Positions 48,993 through 59,881 of a stretch of 64,000 nucleotides of DNA are shown piece after piece. This stretch comes from an uncultured cyanobacterium. GTDB taxonomy: Bacteria > Cyanobacteriota > Cyanobacteriia > Cyanobacteriales > Nostocaceae. Position numbers and translations under genes: made by a program. A model generated the notes under the pieces. The model saw only the letters and a list, made by a program, of their open reading frames with translations. It had not been told where the DNA came from and did not search any database. The stretch covers positions 3,520,001 to 3,584,000 of the forward strand of contig CAVUDP010000002.1 of assembly GCA_963740315.1 (NCBI GenBank), read 5' to 3'. Position 1 is the stretch's first letter; every line of letters begins with the position of its first letter.

Positions 48993-49430
48993 TAATTAAA
49001 AATTTCTACTACTTTTGCAACGCCATTTTCCGAACGAATTTTTTCTCCTAAAATAGCAGCTTGTTTCTGTATCGATTGATTTTCAACTGCATTTGTTATT
49101 GCTTGAGCAAGAGAATCTACTGTCAAATTTTTTCGAGCGATCGTTGGTGTTACACCCAATTTAGCAGCTTGATATGCCCAAAATTGTTGGTCGCCAAAAA
49201 ATGGAATAATAACGGAAGGTACCCCAGCCCGAAAAGTTGCAGCAGAAGTTCCAGCACCACCATGATGAACTATGCAAGCCATTTGCGGAAATAACCAACT
49301 GTGGGGAATATTATCGATTTTAAAAATTTTGTTGGGTAAATCTGATTTTTTAATCCCACCCCAACCGGATAGAAAAATACCTATGAAGTTCAGTTTTGGC
49401 TAATGCTCAATTCAGCAATTTCGGCAACAA
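48992..49430 (-). pseudogene. C-terminal remnant of a GT1 (sterol glucosyltransferase-like) glycosyltransferase
   Basis: GIFLSGWGG...IPHSWLFPQMACIVHHGGAGT...PFFGDQ; N-terminal part missing, frameshifts above 49384. Confidence 0.85.
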
Positions 49431-49618
49431 ACAATGCGGACTGCGCTTCGGAGATGTAAAATTTGATATCTATATTGGTAAAATCAGATTTGGCGATCGA
49501 GAATACGATATACGTTTTTCATGTTGGTAAAGATTTATCCGAAGTTTTGCTTGGTTGTCAGTGGTTGCAAAATATGCGTTTGATAGTGGATATTTCCTCA
49601 GATGTATTAACTTTGTAG
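49422..49618 (+). pseudogene. Remnant of a cyanobacterial clan AA aspartyl protease-like gene
   Basis: RQQTMRTA / GDVKFDIYIGKIRFGDREYDI / HVGKDLSEVLLGCQWLQNMRLIVD...TL* read in shifting frames. Confidence 0.65.
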
Positions 49619-49778
49619 ATATTATTTCCGTTTCATGAAAGAGTTAAAACTCTTACTACGAAATAATAATTGGCTTTATGATAATAGCGATCGCCTTTCC
49701 CGTAGTGTCGCAACTGAACGCTATTACTAAACTTACCTAAACCCCACCAAATTAACGGGAGATTGGGGGATTTCAATT

Positions 49779-52766
49779 TCAATTCATCGCTTTAATAATC
49801 TCTATAGTCTTCACACTAACAGTACATACTCGCTGCAATAAGTCAATTACTTGTTCTTTATAATCTGCAAAACGATAGTTATTAAACTTTGCGGCAATAG
49901 TAGCGTCTTTAATTTTCTTTTCTTTATACTGATCCAAAATCCATTGTAGCGCCGAACGATTACCGAGACAATATTTCCAAGCTTCTTTCGGTACACCTTC
50001 TAAAGTGGTGACATCATCTAAAATAATTTTTCCTTTGTCTTTATCAGCTTTCAATTTTACCTTGGGTGAGTAAGAATTTTCCAAAGGTATATCAATTCGT
50101 TTTAGTTGATAAGGTGCGACAACTTCATAATTAATGTGTAAATCCATTAACAGCATTCCCCAGTTAACCCATTGGAAAAAATCATCGTAGAAAGGTAAGC
50201 GAGGAAATTCTCGTTTTAAATTAAGTTCGTATTTTTGACGATATTCGGGATTGTGTAAGACAGCGTAAGTGTAGTGAAAGATATCTTCTTTAGTAATTGA
50301 AGTGTCTTTGTAATGGTTTTGAAATTGTTCTAATCCCCAATCGGTAATGTTGTCGATGCGGTTTCCTTCGTTGTCGTAACGGTACAAAGGGAGACATTGA
50401 GTTTTTTCTAGAAAATCAAGACAAGTAATCTGATTTGTTACTAAGCATTGAAATGGTTTTGATGCACCAATTCCAGCTATAGAAATATATCTATCTTGAT
50501 TCGATTTGTCATAAATATTAAACCATTGATAAGTTCTTCCATTAAAATGCTTATCAAAATAAAGATATTTTTTGATAAATGGTCTATATGTACTGGGAAC
50601 TAAAGAACTTTCATCAAATGTTTTGCTGATGTTTCGCTCAAGATATCTTTTTAATTCTGCATCCCACTTAATATCAAAACCTAATTCTTCCGATGTTCTG
50701 CGTTTGCGTTCATAAACATCGACAAAGAATTTCATTCGATTGTCTAATTCTGCTTTAGATAAATCATAAACCCATTCATCACGTTGAGTTTTAACACCAG
50801 ATGAAAACAACTCAAAAATAGCTTCCTGTGCTTTTCCCGCTTTTACATCTTTATCAATTAAAGGTAAAAGACTATCAAAGTCATTATCAGTTTGGTTAAT
50901 CCAATTATGTTTTTTGTCTGGTGTTATATGTTCAAGGTGAAGCTGAGATAATTTAGATTCAGATAAAAAGCTTAATTTATCGTTTGCTGTTTCAAATTCT
51001 GGACGACGAATATAGAAAATTTTGCAAGGTATAGCGCTATTATCTTGTCTTTTCACCATAAAAATTATGGCAATACCAGTTTGAATTCCAAAAATATTAT
51101 GTGTAGTTCCTGAAAGTTTAGGATTCTTCCTAACATCTCCACCTAAATCAATAATATAAATATCACTAAACTCTTGACTAACAACTTTTCTAAAACCATC
51201 AAAAGTTCTAGCGTCGATAAAAGATGAATTAGTAATTAAAGCTAAAATACCGTTTTGGCTGAGTCTGTCAGATGCCCATCGCATAAATCTGACATACATA
51301 TCGTAAAGCACAATTTGGTTTTGTGCTGTCCCCTGTTTAACGTAAGTTTGCTTAATACGTTTATCTACTTCTGGATAAGCACGATTAGCATTATCATCAT
51401 TAAAATTTTCTTGTTTGGCATTATATGGTGGATTGCCAATTATTACCGATATTGTACTTTCATTTTGTCGCTTAATTCTTTCTGTATTTTCTACACTCAT
51501 AGCAAACAAATCTAATTGCTTACCTTCAAAGGATGTATGCTCTAGAGTGTCTACAAAACAAATATTATCAAACTCCTCATAAACACCCATCTTCTGTTTA
51601 TAAGTGTATTCAATATTTAGATTTGCGGTGTAATAAGGTAATATTGCAACTTCATTACAGTGAATTTCATGCTTATACTTATATTCCAGACTATCCTTCG
51701 GTAAATATTCGATTAATTCAGTAACAAACGTCCCCGTACCCGTTGCCGGATCTAAAATTTCGACATTTTTATCGGCTAAAAACTTACCAAAATGTTTGTG
51801 TGTTAAATAATCAACGCTTTCCACCATGAAGCGGACGATTTCATTGGGAGTGTATACGATTCCTAGTCTGTCAGCAGCTTTGGGATTATAAGCTTGATAA
51901 AAGTTTTCGTAAAGAGCTTTTAAAAACTTCTGCTTTTCGTGATGATTGTAAATGTTCGCAGCAGTTCTTCTAATTACTCCGTAGTAACGTTCAATTGTAC
52001 CCAAAGTATTTCTTTTAACGTTACCTTTAAAGAAAGTTTCTATAATATTTTGCAATTCACGAGCAATGTTGTTTTCTCTGTGAAATTGAGATTCATTATA
52101 TATATTGATAAAAATATCTTCGGTTAAAATATGCTGAATCATCATTTCCCGAATATCTAATAAATTGATTTCAGGATTAATTGATTCTTTACAGATTCCC
52201 AAAAATTTATCTACCGCTGTTTTAAAGTTTAAATTAGTTTCAACTTGACTATCAATCAAATCTCGCAAAGCATTTAAAATAGTCGGTAAATCTTCTTTAA
52301 ACGTTTTAATAGCTTCGCGAAAATCTTTAACTTCCGGACGAAGATAATTTAGAAAACCAGTAATAATTTCATCTAAAGCTTCCGCATCTTTAATCGGAAC
52401 CCGCATTGATTCATTACCACCCTGAATTAAAACCGCTGTTTGGGAATCTTCAAACAGAATGTTACTATCTGGGTAGCCTTTTATCAGTTTTTTTTCAATT
52501 TCTAGGTCTAAATTATCGTATTGATCTTTACTTTCCCAATAGCCCCAATCCAAACGCAAAGCATCTTTAACAGTACCATCGGGATAAACAATTCCATGAG
52601 GAGTTTTATAATCTAACTCCGGAATTAATAAAAATTCCCGTGGCTTGCAATATTCATTTAATAGGTTTTGAAAAGCAACACGAATAGAAGTTTCTTTACG
52701 AGAGCCGCCATAAATTATAATCTTTTCGACTTCTGCGTGATATTGCTTAATCAGAAGTACGGACAT
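49779..52766 (-). CDS. Single-polypeptide restriction-modification enzyme (N6-adenine MTase with type ISP-like C-terminus, no helicase)
   Basis: PDG...WESKD nuclease-like motif, GIVYTP, DPATGTGTF, GNPPY, LGNRSALQWILDQY. Confidence 0.88.
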   Translation of the reverse strand: MSVLLIKQYHAEVEKIIIYGGSRKETSIRVAFQNLLNEYCKPREFLLIPELDYKTPHGIVYPDGTVKDALRLDWGYWESKDQYDNLDLEIEKKLIKGYPDSNILFEDSQTAVLIQGGNESMRVPIKDAEALDEIITGFLNYLRPEVKDFREAIKTFKEDLPTILNALRDLIDSQVETNLNFKTAVDKFLGICKESINPEINLLDIREMMIQHILTEDIFINIYNESQFHRENNIARELQNIIETFFKGNVKRNTLGTIERYYGVIRRTAANIYNHHEKQKFLKALYENFYQAYNPKAADRLGIVYTPNEIVRFMVESVDYLTHKHFGKFLADKNVEILDPATGTGTFVTELIEYLPKDSLEYKYKHEIHCNEVAILPYYTANLNIEYTYKQKMGVYEEFDNICFVDTLEHTSFEGKQLDLFAMSVENTERIKRQNESTISVIIGNPPYNAKQENFNDDNANRAYPEVDKRIKQTYVKQGTAQNQIVLYDMYVRFMRWASDRLSQNGILALITNSSFIDARTFDGFRKVVSQEFSDIYIIDLGGDVRKNPKLSGTTHNIFGIQTGIAIIFMVKRQDNSAIPCKIFYIRRPEFETANDKLSFLSESKLSQLHLEHITPDKKHNWINQTDNDFDSLLPLIDKDVKAGKAQEAIFELFSSGVKTQRDEWVYDLSKAELDNRMKFFVDVYERKRRTSEELGFDIKWDAELKRYLERNISKTFDESSLVPSTYRPFIKKYLYFDKHFNGRTYQWFNIYDKSNQDRYISIAGIGASKPFQCLVTNQITCLDFLEKTQCLPLYRYDNEGNRIDNITDWGLEQFQNHYKDTSITKEDIFHYTYAVLHNPEYRQKYELNLKREFPRLPFYDDFFQWVNWGMLLMDLHINYEVVAPYQLKRIDIPLENSYSPKVKLKADKDKGKIILDDVTTLEGVPKEAWKYCLGNRSALQWILDQYKEKKIKDATIAAKFNNYRFADYKEQVIDLLQRVCTVSVKTIEIIKAMN

Positions 52767-53529
52767 ACTCTATAGGTTTTATATAAATTTGTTACTTTAA
52801 AGTTTAGCCATCACCTCCTTATTTGACTCCAGAAAAAGCACTGTAACTTATTCCAAATAACCTTATTTATTTAGATAAAAATACTGATTTACTTGCGAGT
52901 TTATGAATTTAAAATAAAGAACATAAAATGAGTCAATTTACACTGCATTCCTCTACGCTTTCCTTTGCGTGACTCTGCATTAAAAATATATTATTTACTC
53001 CTTTCCCGCTCTTATGATTACGGAGAAAAAAACCCTCTAAGAAAGAAGTAAAGAGAGATAGGTCATTTTAGGGCGGGATAAGAGTAGTTAGATATCAATA
53101 AATTTACGAATTCCACTTTACCCATCTGTACTTAAGCGATAAACTCACTATAAGCAGCTTGAGAATATTCCGAACTGAAAAAACTGCAAAGTCAGCAAAA
53201 TAAACAAACTGCCGTCCAACTGCCACATTTTAGGTAATTTGATGGGGTTTTTATTTTTTTATTCTCGACAGAAAAAACCAGCATTAGATATTTGAATCTT
53301 ATATTTTTCCTCTTTTTTCTCTGCTAATAAGACTGCCTTCAACTACAATACAAATTAATAATTCTAAAGATGTATTTTTAACAGATATTTAAGTATTGCA
53401 AAGAAAAATCAATTTTTATTAATTACTAATATAAAATGTAAATCAGTTTTAAGGTAACATAATCTATTGTATAAAAGAGCTAAAAAATCTTGTCTACCCT
53501 AGCAATAATTGCCCTATAACCAAACTTTT

Positions 53530-53724
53530 ATGAAAAATCAGTTTATATTTATATTGAAAGTCTTGCTTCTTTCCGCAGTTATTTCAATTTTTATTAAATA
53601 TGTAGCTCCGAGTTTATCGATTCCGGAAACAGCAACAAACGCTTTGATTATTGTATTGTTACCTAATGTAATTATGGCAACTGTTTTATTATGGCAACTA
53701 TCCAGAAAAGAAAAGCTTAATTAG
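53530..53724 (+). CDS. Small hypothetical membrane protein
   Basis: Two hydrophobic helices, IKY..P and ALIIVLLP. Confidence 0.7.
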   Translation: MKNQFIFILKVLLLSAVISIFIKYVAPSLSIPETATNALIIVLLPNVIMATVLLWQLSRKEKLN

Positions 53725-53810
53725 AACTACTTAGGCGCAAGTAGCTAAATATCAGCTAACCTAGCAGAATTATCGGTAAATAAAAGTTGCCTTGAACTGG
53801 GAGTTAAAGC

Positions 53811-54968
53811 GTGAATTTAGGTCAATGGATTGGTTTAATAGCCTTAACGATTTCTCTATATATTGTGTGGCAAATCAAAGAAGTCATTTTACTTATATTT
53901 GCCGCAGTTGTTTTAGCTACTACTTTAAATAGATTGGCTCGACGACTGCAACGCTTGGGTATAACACGCGGCTTTGCGAAACTTCTTTCAATTACTATTT
54001 TTTTAGTCGGAGTAATTGGTTTTTTCTGGCTAATTGTCCCACCTTTTATAGAACAGTTTCAAGAATTAAGTTACCAGATTCCTAAATCTATAGTACGTCT
54101 GAATGCTTGGCTTTTGGAATTGAGAGGAAGGCTTCCCGATCAAGTTATTCCATCTATACCCGATATAAATAGTTTAATACAACAAGCCCAACCATTTGTT
54201 AATCGCGGTTTAGAAAGTACTTTTGCTTTAGTTTCTGGTTCTTTGGAAGTAATACTGAAGGTTTTGCTAGTGCTGGTTTTAACAGGGATGTTTATCGCAG
54301 ATCCTTTATCTTACCGTAAATTGTTTGTTAGGCTTTTTCCCTCGTTTTATCGAAGAAGAGTAGAAGGAATTTTAGATCAATGTGAAGTGTCTTTAGAAGG
54401 TTGGATAACGGGTGCTTCGATCGCGATGTTTTTAGTCGGACTTTTAAGCGTACTTGGGCTAAGTGTGTTACAGGTACGATCGGCTTTAGCTTTAGGAGTT
54501 TTAGCCGGATTTTTGAACTTGATTCCTAATTTAGGTCCTACCTTGAGCGTTTTTCCAGCAATGGCGATCGCGCTTTTGGATTCTCCTTGGAAACCACTCG
54601 CTGTTTTAGTTCTGTATTTTTTCATCCAGCAAGCTGAAAGTAATTTCATTACGCCTATGGTTATGGCGCATCAACTTTCTCTTCTACCAGCAGTAACGTT
54701 AATTTCTCAGCTATTTTTCGTCACATTTTTTGGCTTTCTAGGATTATTTTTAGCATTACCTTTAACCGTAGTAGCAAAAATTTGGATGCAAGAAATAGTA
54801 GTCAAAGATGTTTTAGATCAATGGAATCCTAAACCCAAAAATCAAGCTGAATGCGTTATTGTTGCAGATAACGTAGAAATCAATACATCTGAAGAAACTG
54901 TGACTATTCAGAACGAACAGCACATAGTTGATGAAAATATTGAAGATGAAAGTATTAAGAAAGATTAA
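53811..54968 (+). CDS. AI-2E family transporter
   Basis: LNLIPNLGP, IQQAESNFITP, GFLGLFLALPL. Confidence 0.9.
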   Translation: MNLGQWIGLIALTISLYIVWQIKEVILLIFAAVVLATTLNRLARRLQRLGITRGFAKLLSITIFLVGVIGFFWLIVPPFIEQFQELSYQIPKSIVRLNAWLLELRGRLPDQVIPSIPDINSLIQQAQPFVNRGLESTFALVSGSLEVILKVLLVLVLTGMFIADPLSYRKLFVRLFPSFYRRRVEGILDQCEVSLEGWITGASIAMFLVGLLSVLGLSVLQVRSALALGVLAGFLNLIPNLGPTLSVFPAMAIALLDSPWKPLAVLVLYFFIQQAESNFITPMVMAHQLSLLPAVTLISQLFFVTFFGFLGLFLALPLTVVAKIWMQEIVVKDVLDQWNPKPKNQAECVIVADNVEINTSEETVTIQNEQHIVDENIEDESIKKD

Positions 54969-55146
54969 TTCTGTTTGAAATAGTTAAAAAAGCTAATTTT
55001 TTTTTGAAAAGGGAGTTCTTTTAATCTCACTAATTATTTAAAGTAATTTTTTAATTAATAAGTTGATCCTCAGAAAAATTTACGTTTCTGTCCAATAGGG
55101 ATTTATAATAGATTACTGTCTGGGATAATGTAGATTTTATATAGCA

Positions 55147-55767
55147 GTGTTAACAGCCTTTATTTCTGGTTTATTGTTAATAACAGTCTCCGAAATTGGC
55201 GACAAAACCTTTTTTATTGCCATGATTTTGGCAATGCAGCATTCTCGACGATTGGTATTTACGGGTGCGATCGCAGCTTTAGCAGCCATGACAATGCTAT
55301 CCGTAGGAGCAGGACAAGTAGCGTCTATATTCCCAGAAATTTATATTCATTATGCGGAAATAGCCTTATTTATCATCTTTGGTTTTAAATTACTCTACGA
55401 TGCCACCCAAATGCCCAGTGAAGCTTGTGATGTCGTAGTAGTAGGAGAAGCGAAAGAAGTTGTTGAAAAAGCAGAAAAGCAAATAAAAGACCAAAAAGAT
55501 ATTTGGGCAATTTTACTAGAAGTCTTTGTATTAATTTTTGTCGCCGAATGGGGAGACAGAACTCAAATTGCCACTATTGCTTTAGCGGCTGAGAACGATC
55601 CAATAGGGGTAAGCATTGGAGCAATCTTAGGACACGCCATTTGCGCCGTAATAGCCGTTACTTCAGGGCGAATGCTAGCCGGACAAATCACCGAACGTCA
55701 ACTCACCTTCTCTGGTGGATGTCTCTTCGTAATATTTGGCGTATTTGCTGCAATTCAAGGAGTTTAG
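55147..55767 (+). CDS. TMEM165/GDT1 (UPF0016) family Mn/Ca transporter
   Basis: Two E-x-G-D-(K/R)-T motifs: EIGDKT and EWGDRTQ. Confidence 0.93.
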   Translation: MLTAFISGLLLITVSEIGDKTFFIAMILAMQHSRRLVFTGAIAALAAMTMLSVGAGQVASIFPEIYIHYAEIALFIIFGFKLLYDATQMPSEACDVVVVGEAKEVVEKAEKQIKDQKDIWAILLEVFVLIFVAEWGDRTQIATIALAAENDPIGVSIGAILGHAICAVIAVTSGRMLAGQITERQLTFSGGCLFVIFGVFAAIQGV

Positions 55768-55912
55768 GGAGTAGGGAGTAGGGAGTAGGGAATTAAGGAT
55801 TTTCTACCCCCTCTTCCCCCTTGTCCCCTTGTCTCCCCATCCCCCCAAAGGTTACTGAGCTTGTCGAAGTACTCCCCATCCCCCCATCTCCCCATCTCCC
55901 CATCCCCCCCTC
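55766..55912. repeat. STRR arrays containing a 27-bp dispersed repeat also present inverted at 35431-35457
   Basis: AAAGGTTACTGAGCTTGTCGAAGTACT at 55847-55873. Confidence 0.9.
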
Positions 55913-55914
55913 TC

Positions 55915-56781
55915 CTATTCAGGCTCAGAAGAAGGTGAAGCTGAAACCTCTGGAGTAGGAGTAGCGGTAGTTGCTTGTCGGTTGATTTCGTCTTTGTATT
56001 GTGCGGGTGCTAAAGATGCTGCTTTGTCAAATAAAGGCTGTGCTTCTTCGGTTTTACCTTGATCTTTCAAAACCATCGCTTTTGCTAAAACGGGGCGAAA
56101 ATCTTTTGAATCATTTTTAATTACTTTGTCGTAAGTCGATAAGGCTTGAGCGTATCGTTTCTCTTTGGCGTAAACGTTACCTAATAAAACTTGAACGGCG
56201 GTAGTATCGACGCTTCCCGATTCAATTTTATTTGCCTTTTCGGCTTTATCTAAACTTTCTTGTAGTAAACCAATCGCAGCTTCAGGGCGTTTCTGCTCTA
56301 ATAGAAGCGCTACCATACCCTGTAGAGCTGGTAAGTCTCCCGGTTTTGTTTCTAAAACAGTACGGTAAGCTGTTGCAGCTCCTTCCTTGTCACCTATTTG
56401 CTGCTTTGCCTGGGCTAATAGAACGGCGTATCTTGTTTCTTCCGGGTTAAGCTTTGATAACTTTTCTAAAGGTGTAATTACCCCTTTTATGTCGCCTTGT
56501 CCTAATCTAAGTAACTGTAGACGATTTTCTAATAAACCGATTAATGCGGTTTGATTTTCTGGTTCTCGTTGTAAAACTTGTTCGTAACCCCGTACAGCAT
56601 CTTCTAGCTTTGACTTTTGATTTGAAGCAGAATTTTCCGTGCTACTAGCAGTATTACCCGACTGTTGGGAATCATTGAAAGCCGCTATGATAGGAACCAT
56701 TGACCCCCCTACAAGGGCAATCACAGCTACTATCAGCACGATTTTTACGAACCATTTATTACGACCTTTAGACACCTTCAC
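55915..56781 (-). CDS. Membrane-anchored tetratricopeptide repeat protein
   Basis: N-terminal TM, GYEQVLQREPENQTAL, DFRPVLAKA, LAPAQYKD. Confidence 0.85.
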   Translation of the reverse strand: MKVSKGRNKWFVKIVLIVAVIALVGGSMVPIIAAFNDSQQSGNTASSTENSASNQKSKLEDAVRGYEQVLQREPENQTALIGLLENRLQLLRLGQGDIKGVITPLEKLSKLNPEETRYAVLLAQAKQQIGDKEGAATAYRTVLETKPGDLPALQGMVALLLEQKRPEAAIGLLQESLDKAEKANKIESGSVDTTAVQVLLGNVYAKEKRYAQALSTYDKVIKNDSKDFRPVLAKAMVLKDQGKTEEAQPLFDKAASLAPAQYKDEINRQATTATPTPEVSASPSSEPE

Positions 56782-57156
56782 CGTCCTTTAATTTGAAAAG
56801 AAATAATCGTTTACAGAAATTGACAAACAAAAAATTATCAAAACTTTACGGAATACCGTGTGTTGCTTGTGAACTTTATAACAAATACTCGCGCTTTGTT
56901 GCCGTATCTCAAATGACGACTTTAGGAGGAATAGTCTGAAATTGTAGCTATGGTATGCTTTTGTTCCAAGTGTAAAGACGCTAAATTACACCTAATGGTG
57001 TTTATATGCGAAACCTCGCAACACTAATATCTCATAGAGTTTAACTGTTTTCGACTTTCTTGAAAGGAATATACCATTCAAGATAGGCAGAAATGCTCTT
57101 GAGAGTAGCCTTTGTAAAGTCCCATATGGGATGTGTCTCCGCCGCAAGGAGTTTTT

Positions 57157-58239
57157 ATGAATTCCGACCTGATGCCGTCTTCTGAATCGTCCGAAACCTC
57201 CGATTTGTCTGCTTCTATGGAAGCGCAAAATAACAGTGTAGAACCAACTTCTAACGCTGATAGTAAAGATAATAGTCAAGCAGTTGAGGAATCTAACTCA
57301 ACTAACGAATCAAATCAAACGAACGAAACCGCAAGGCAACAACCAATTCCTCCGCCTTCGGAACCAATGCAATACCGAGCGATCGGCTTGGTTCGCGGTC
57401 GTTACGTTGCTACCAGCGAACAATTTACTCAAGGTGCGTTGGTAACTCCAGATAATGTAGAACTCGATGCCGTCCTCTTAGGTCGGATTATGAGTTTAGT
57501 TAAAAATCATCTGGATTTAGAAAAAGACCACTTGTGGGTAGTTTATCCGCGTACTCGACAAGAAAACGACAATCTTCATCTTCAAATTGTTGGAGTTTGG
57601 GAACCAGAAAAGTTGGCTGTAAACCGGCAAACGAAAGAGGAATCCCAAGAATCAACGACTACTGAGACTGAAGAAACATCGCCCGAAGCCGAGGAAGAGT
57701 TAGCAAGCGATGATTCGTCATCCCCAACGTCTCAAGAGCGAGCAGGTGAACTCACACCTTCATCAGAAATTCCAGATGGTGGTTTTTCCGTTCGTGGTGA
57801 AGTAGTTTACCAATCTTTTGACGCTGGTAACTTGGTGGTTAAAATCAAGCAAGCACCTCGCAAAAATGACGACAAACCCAAATATTTCAAATTGAAACTT
57901 ACGGGTAAGTTAGAAACCAAAGCTGTTGGCAAGTTCTGGGACTTCCAAGTCCAGAGAGAAGCAGACCTCTTGATGATAGAGAAAGCTGAATTCATCGCCG
58001 ACTTACCCAAGAAACGCCGACCTCCCTTTAAAAAAGGAGGAGCTGGTGGAGGAAGACCATCTTATAGAGGTGGACCCGGAGGTGGTAGATCCGGAGGTAG
58101 TAAACCGTACAGCAGACGAAGTAACGGTGATACTCCACGTCCGGTTAAGAAAGCAGGTCAATCAACAGATGCACCAAAATCGGCGAATACTCGACCTACT
58201 CCCAAGCCCGTAAAGCGTCAGAAGCCACCTGAAGGCTAA
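57157..58239 (+). CDS. Conserved cyanobacterial hypothetical protein
   Basis: AAGGAG RBS before the ATG at 57157; PIPPPSEPMQYRAIGLVRG, LWVVYPRT, QIVGVWEPE. Confidence 0.8.
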   Translation: MNSDLMPSSESSETSDLSASMEAQNNSVEPTSNADSKDNSQAVEESNSTNESNQTNETARQQPIPPPSEPMQYRAIGLVRGRYVATSEQFTQGALVTPDNVELDAVLLGRIMSLVKNHLDLEKDHLWVVYPRTRQENDNLHLQIVGVWEPEKLAVNRQTKEESQESTTTETEETSPEAEEELASDDSSSPTSQERAGELTPSSEIPDGGFSVRGEVVYQSFDAGNLVVKIKQAPRKNDDKPKYFKLKLTGKLETKAVGKFWDFQVQREADLLMIEKAEFIADLPKKRRPPFKKGGAGGGRPSYRGGPGGGRSGGSKPYSRRSNGDTPRPVKKAGQSTDAPKSANTRPTPKPVKRQKPPEG

Positions 58240-58243
58240 GTAA

Positions 58244-58428
58244 GGGGATGGGGGGATGGGGGGATGGGGAGATGGGGAGATAGGGAGATAGGGAGACAAG
58301 GGGACAAGGGGTTTAGAGTTAAGAGTCAAAAACTATTTAATTCTTGACCTTTAACCTTTGACCTTTAACCTTTGACCTTTAACCTTTGACCTTTAACCTT
58401 TAACCTTTTACCCATGCCCCATACCCAA
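58244..58428. repeat. STRR arrays (GGGGATGG)n and (TTAACCT/TTGACCT)n
   Basis: Read directly. Confidence 0.9.
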
Positions 58429-58432
58429 TTAT

Positions 58433-59626
58433 CTAAAACTCCTTCCAACGGTCTTGGGGGAGAAAAGACCTGTCCATTGAAATTGGAGCGACTGGTTCGG
58501 TAAGCGTAAATTTACCTACTTGAATCCATTGCTTTAATTCAATGGCTACTTGGCGAGATAAAAATATACTCGCTAGTGGGGCTACTCTTACTGTTTTTCC
58601 GTCAATGGTGATGCGTCCGGATTTGAGTTGGGTATAGCTAACCAAACCAAAGGTAGGACGCACCCGTCGGGGAATAGAAAAGTCTACTATCGGCGCGACT
58701 ATATCTTTATCTTCTATGGCGCAATGTTTTACTACTTCTTCGTTTAATACTGGTAGCGGTACGCCGACTCCTAACATGATCGAAGGACCATAATTTTTGA
58801 AAAAACAACCTCTTACCCAACGCGCATCCATTTGTTTGGCATCGCCAATTAAAGCTAAAGTTGCAGCAGGACCAACCGGCGTATCGTTAGGTAATCGCTT
58901 TTGCATTGGATTATGTTGCGTGCCCTCCCAAGTAACATAACCAATTCCACCACCTAAAAAGATTCGCGTCCCTATACCTATAAGCTTTAAATATGGGTCA
59001 TTAAACAAAGGTGAAATAGCGCCTGGGTTAGAGTAAACCGCATTTCCCAAACGCGGTTGCAAAGGTCCAAGATAAGTATAAAGCGGACGTTCTCCACCAT
59101 TTACGCCCACTATAAAATTTTGATATAAATTACGCGGATTAAATAAATAAAACTGATTTATGGTATCGCGAGTAATGGTAGTTTCAAAATTCGCTCTAGG
59201 GTAACAATCAGTAACTTGTCCCTGCGCTCTTACCTGTACTGGTTTGCCTGCAATTAAATCTTCTATAACATTACCGCCACCGTGCAATATTTTTGAAGCA
59301 GCTTCCCCACTACGTACTTCTTCACCTTCGAGAGGTTCGGCAGTACTGCTAGCACCCAAATATAAATCGACCGCGCCAAAACCGGAATATGCTGGTACGC
59401 CATCTAACCAGCAACGGCGAATTTTTATCGGTGGATCGGTATGTCCGAGGTTAATAATGGCACCACTCGATTCCATTTGTTCAAAAGTGCCAGTGGTAAT
59501 CACATCAACCTGTTTGGCAGCTTTTGCAACGCCGACCTCTGCGACTTTTGCTTTCAATTCTTCAACCGTTAAAACTACCGCCTTTTTACGGTTGATTTTG
59601 TCGTTTATCTCAGCAATAGTTCGCAT
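58433..59626 (-). CDS. DUF39 homocysteine biosynthesis protein (aspartate-semialdehyde sulfurtransferase family)
   Basis: RTIAEINDKI, VDVITTGTF, NPRNLYQN, YTYLGPL, GTQH, GDAKQM. Confidence 0.9.
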   Translation of the reverse strand: MRTIAEINDKINRKKAVVLTVEELKAKVAEVGVAKAAKQVDVITTGTFEQMESSGAIINLGHTDPPIKIRRCWLDGVPAYSGFGAVDLYLGASSTAEPLEGEEVRSGEAASKILHGGGNVIEDLIAGKPVQVRAQGQVTDCYPRANFETTITRDTINQFYLFNPRNLYQNFIVGVNGGERPLYTYLGPLQPRLGNAVYSNPGAISPLFNDPYLKLIGIGTRIFLGGGIGYVTWEGTQHNPMQKRLPNDTPVGPAATLALIGDAKQMDARWVRGCFFKNYGPSIMLGVGVPLPVLNEEVVKHCAIEDKDIVAPIVDFSIPRRVRPTFGLVSYTQLKSGRITIDGKTVRVAPLASIFLSRQVAIELKQWIQVGKFTLTEPVAPISMDRSFLPQDRWKEF

Positions 59627-59881
59627 ATTATATGTAACAAATAAGTTAATAGATGGTTTTACAGCAGTAGCAACATAAATTGAAAACTGTATTCTCTAAC
59701 TATATTTTTTATTTTGCGATCGCGGGATATAAAGTTATTTTAGATATTAAAAAGATAAAAAAGTTACAACAATAACATTTAAGTAGAACTTACGATCGCC
59801 ATCTTTGTTACTGTAGGTGTCAGCAAGGGGCAATTTATTTTTATTTGTATTGTCGGGCACCGCTGAATCAGTAATCTTTGT

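Noticed and set aside
49779..52766. HIP1 absence as proof of horizontal transfer
   Set aside because: At about one HIP1 per 2 kb, a 3-kb gap is not significant by itself
54969..55146. yybP-ykoY manganese riboswitch upstream of the TMEM165 gene
   Set aside because: Only AAAGGGAGT resembles it; the GAGACC element and paired helices are absent
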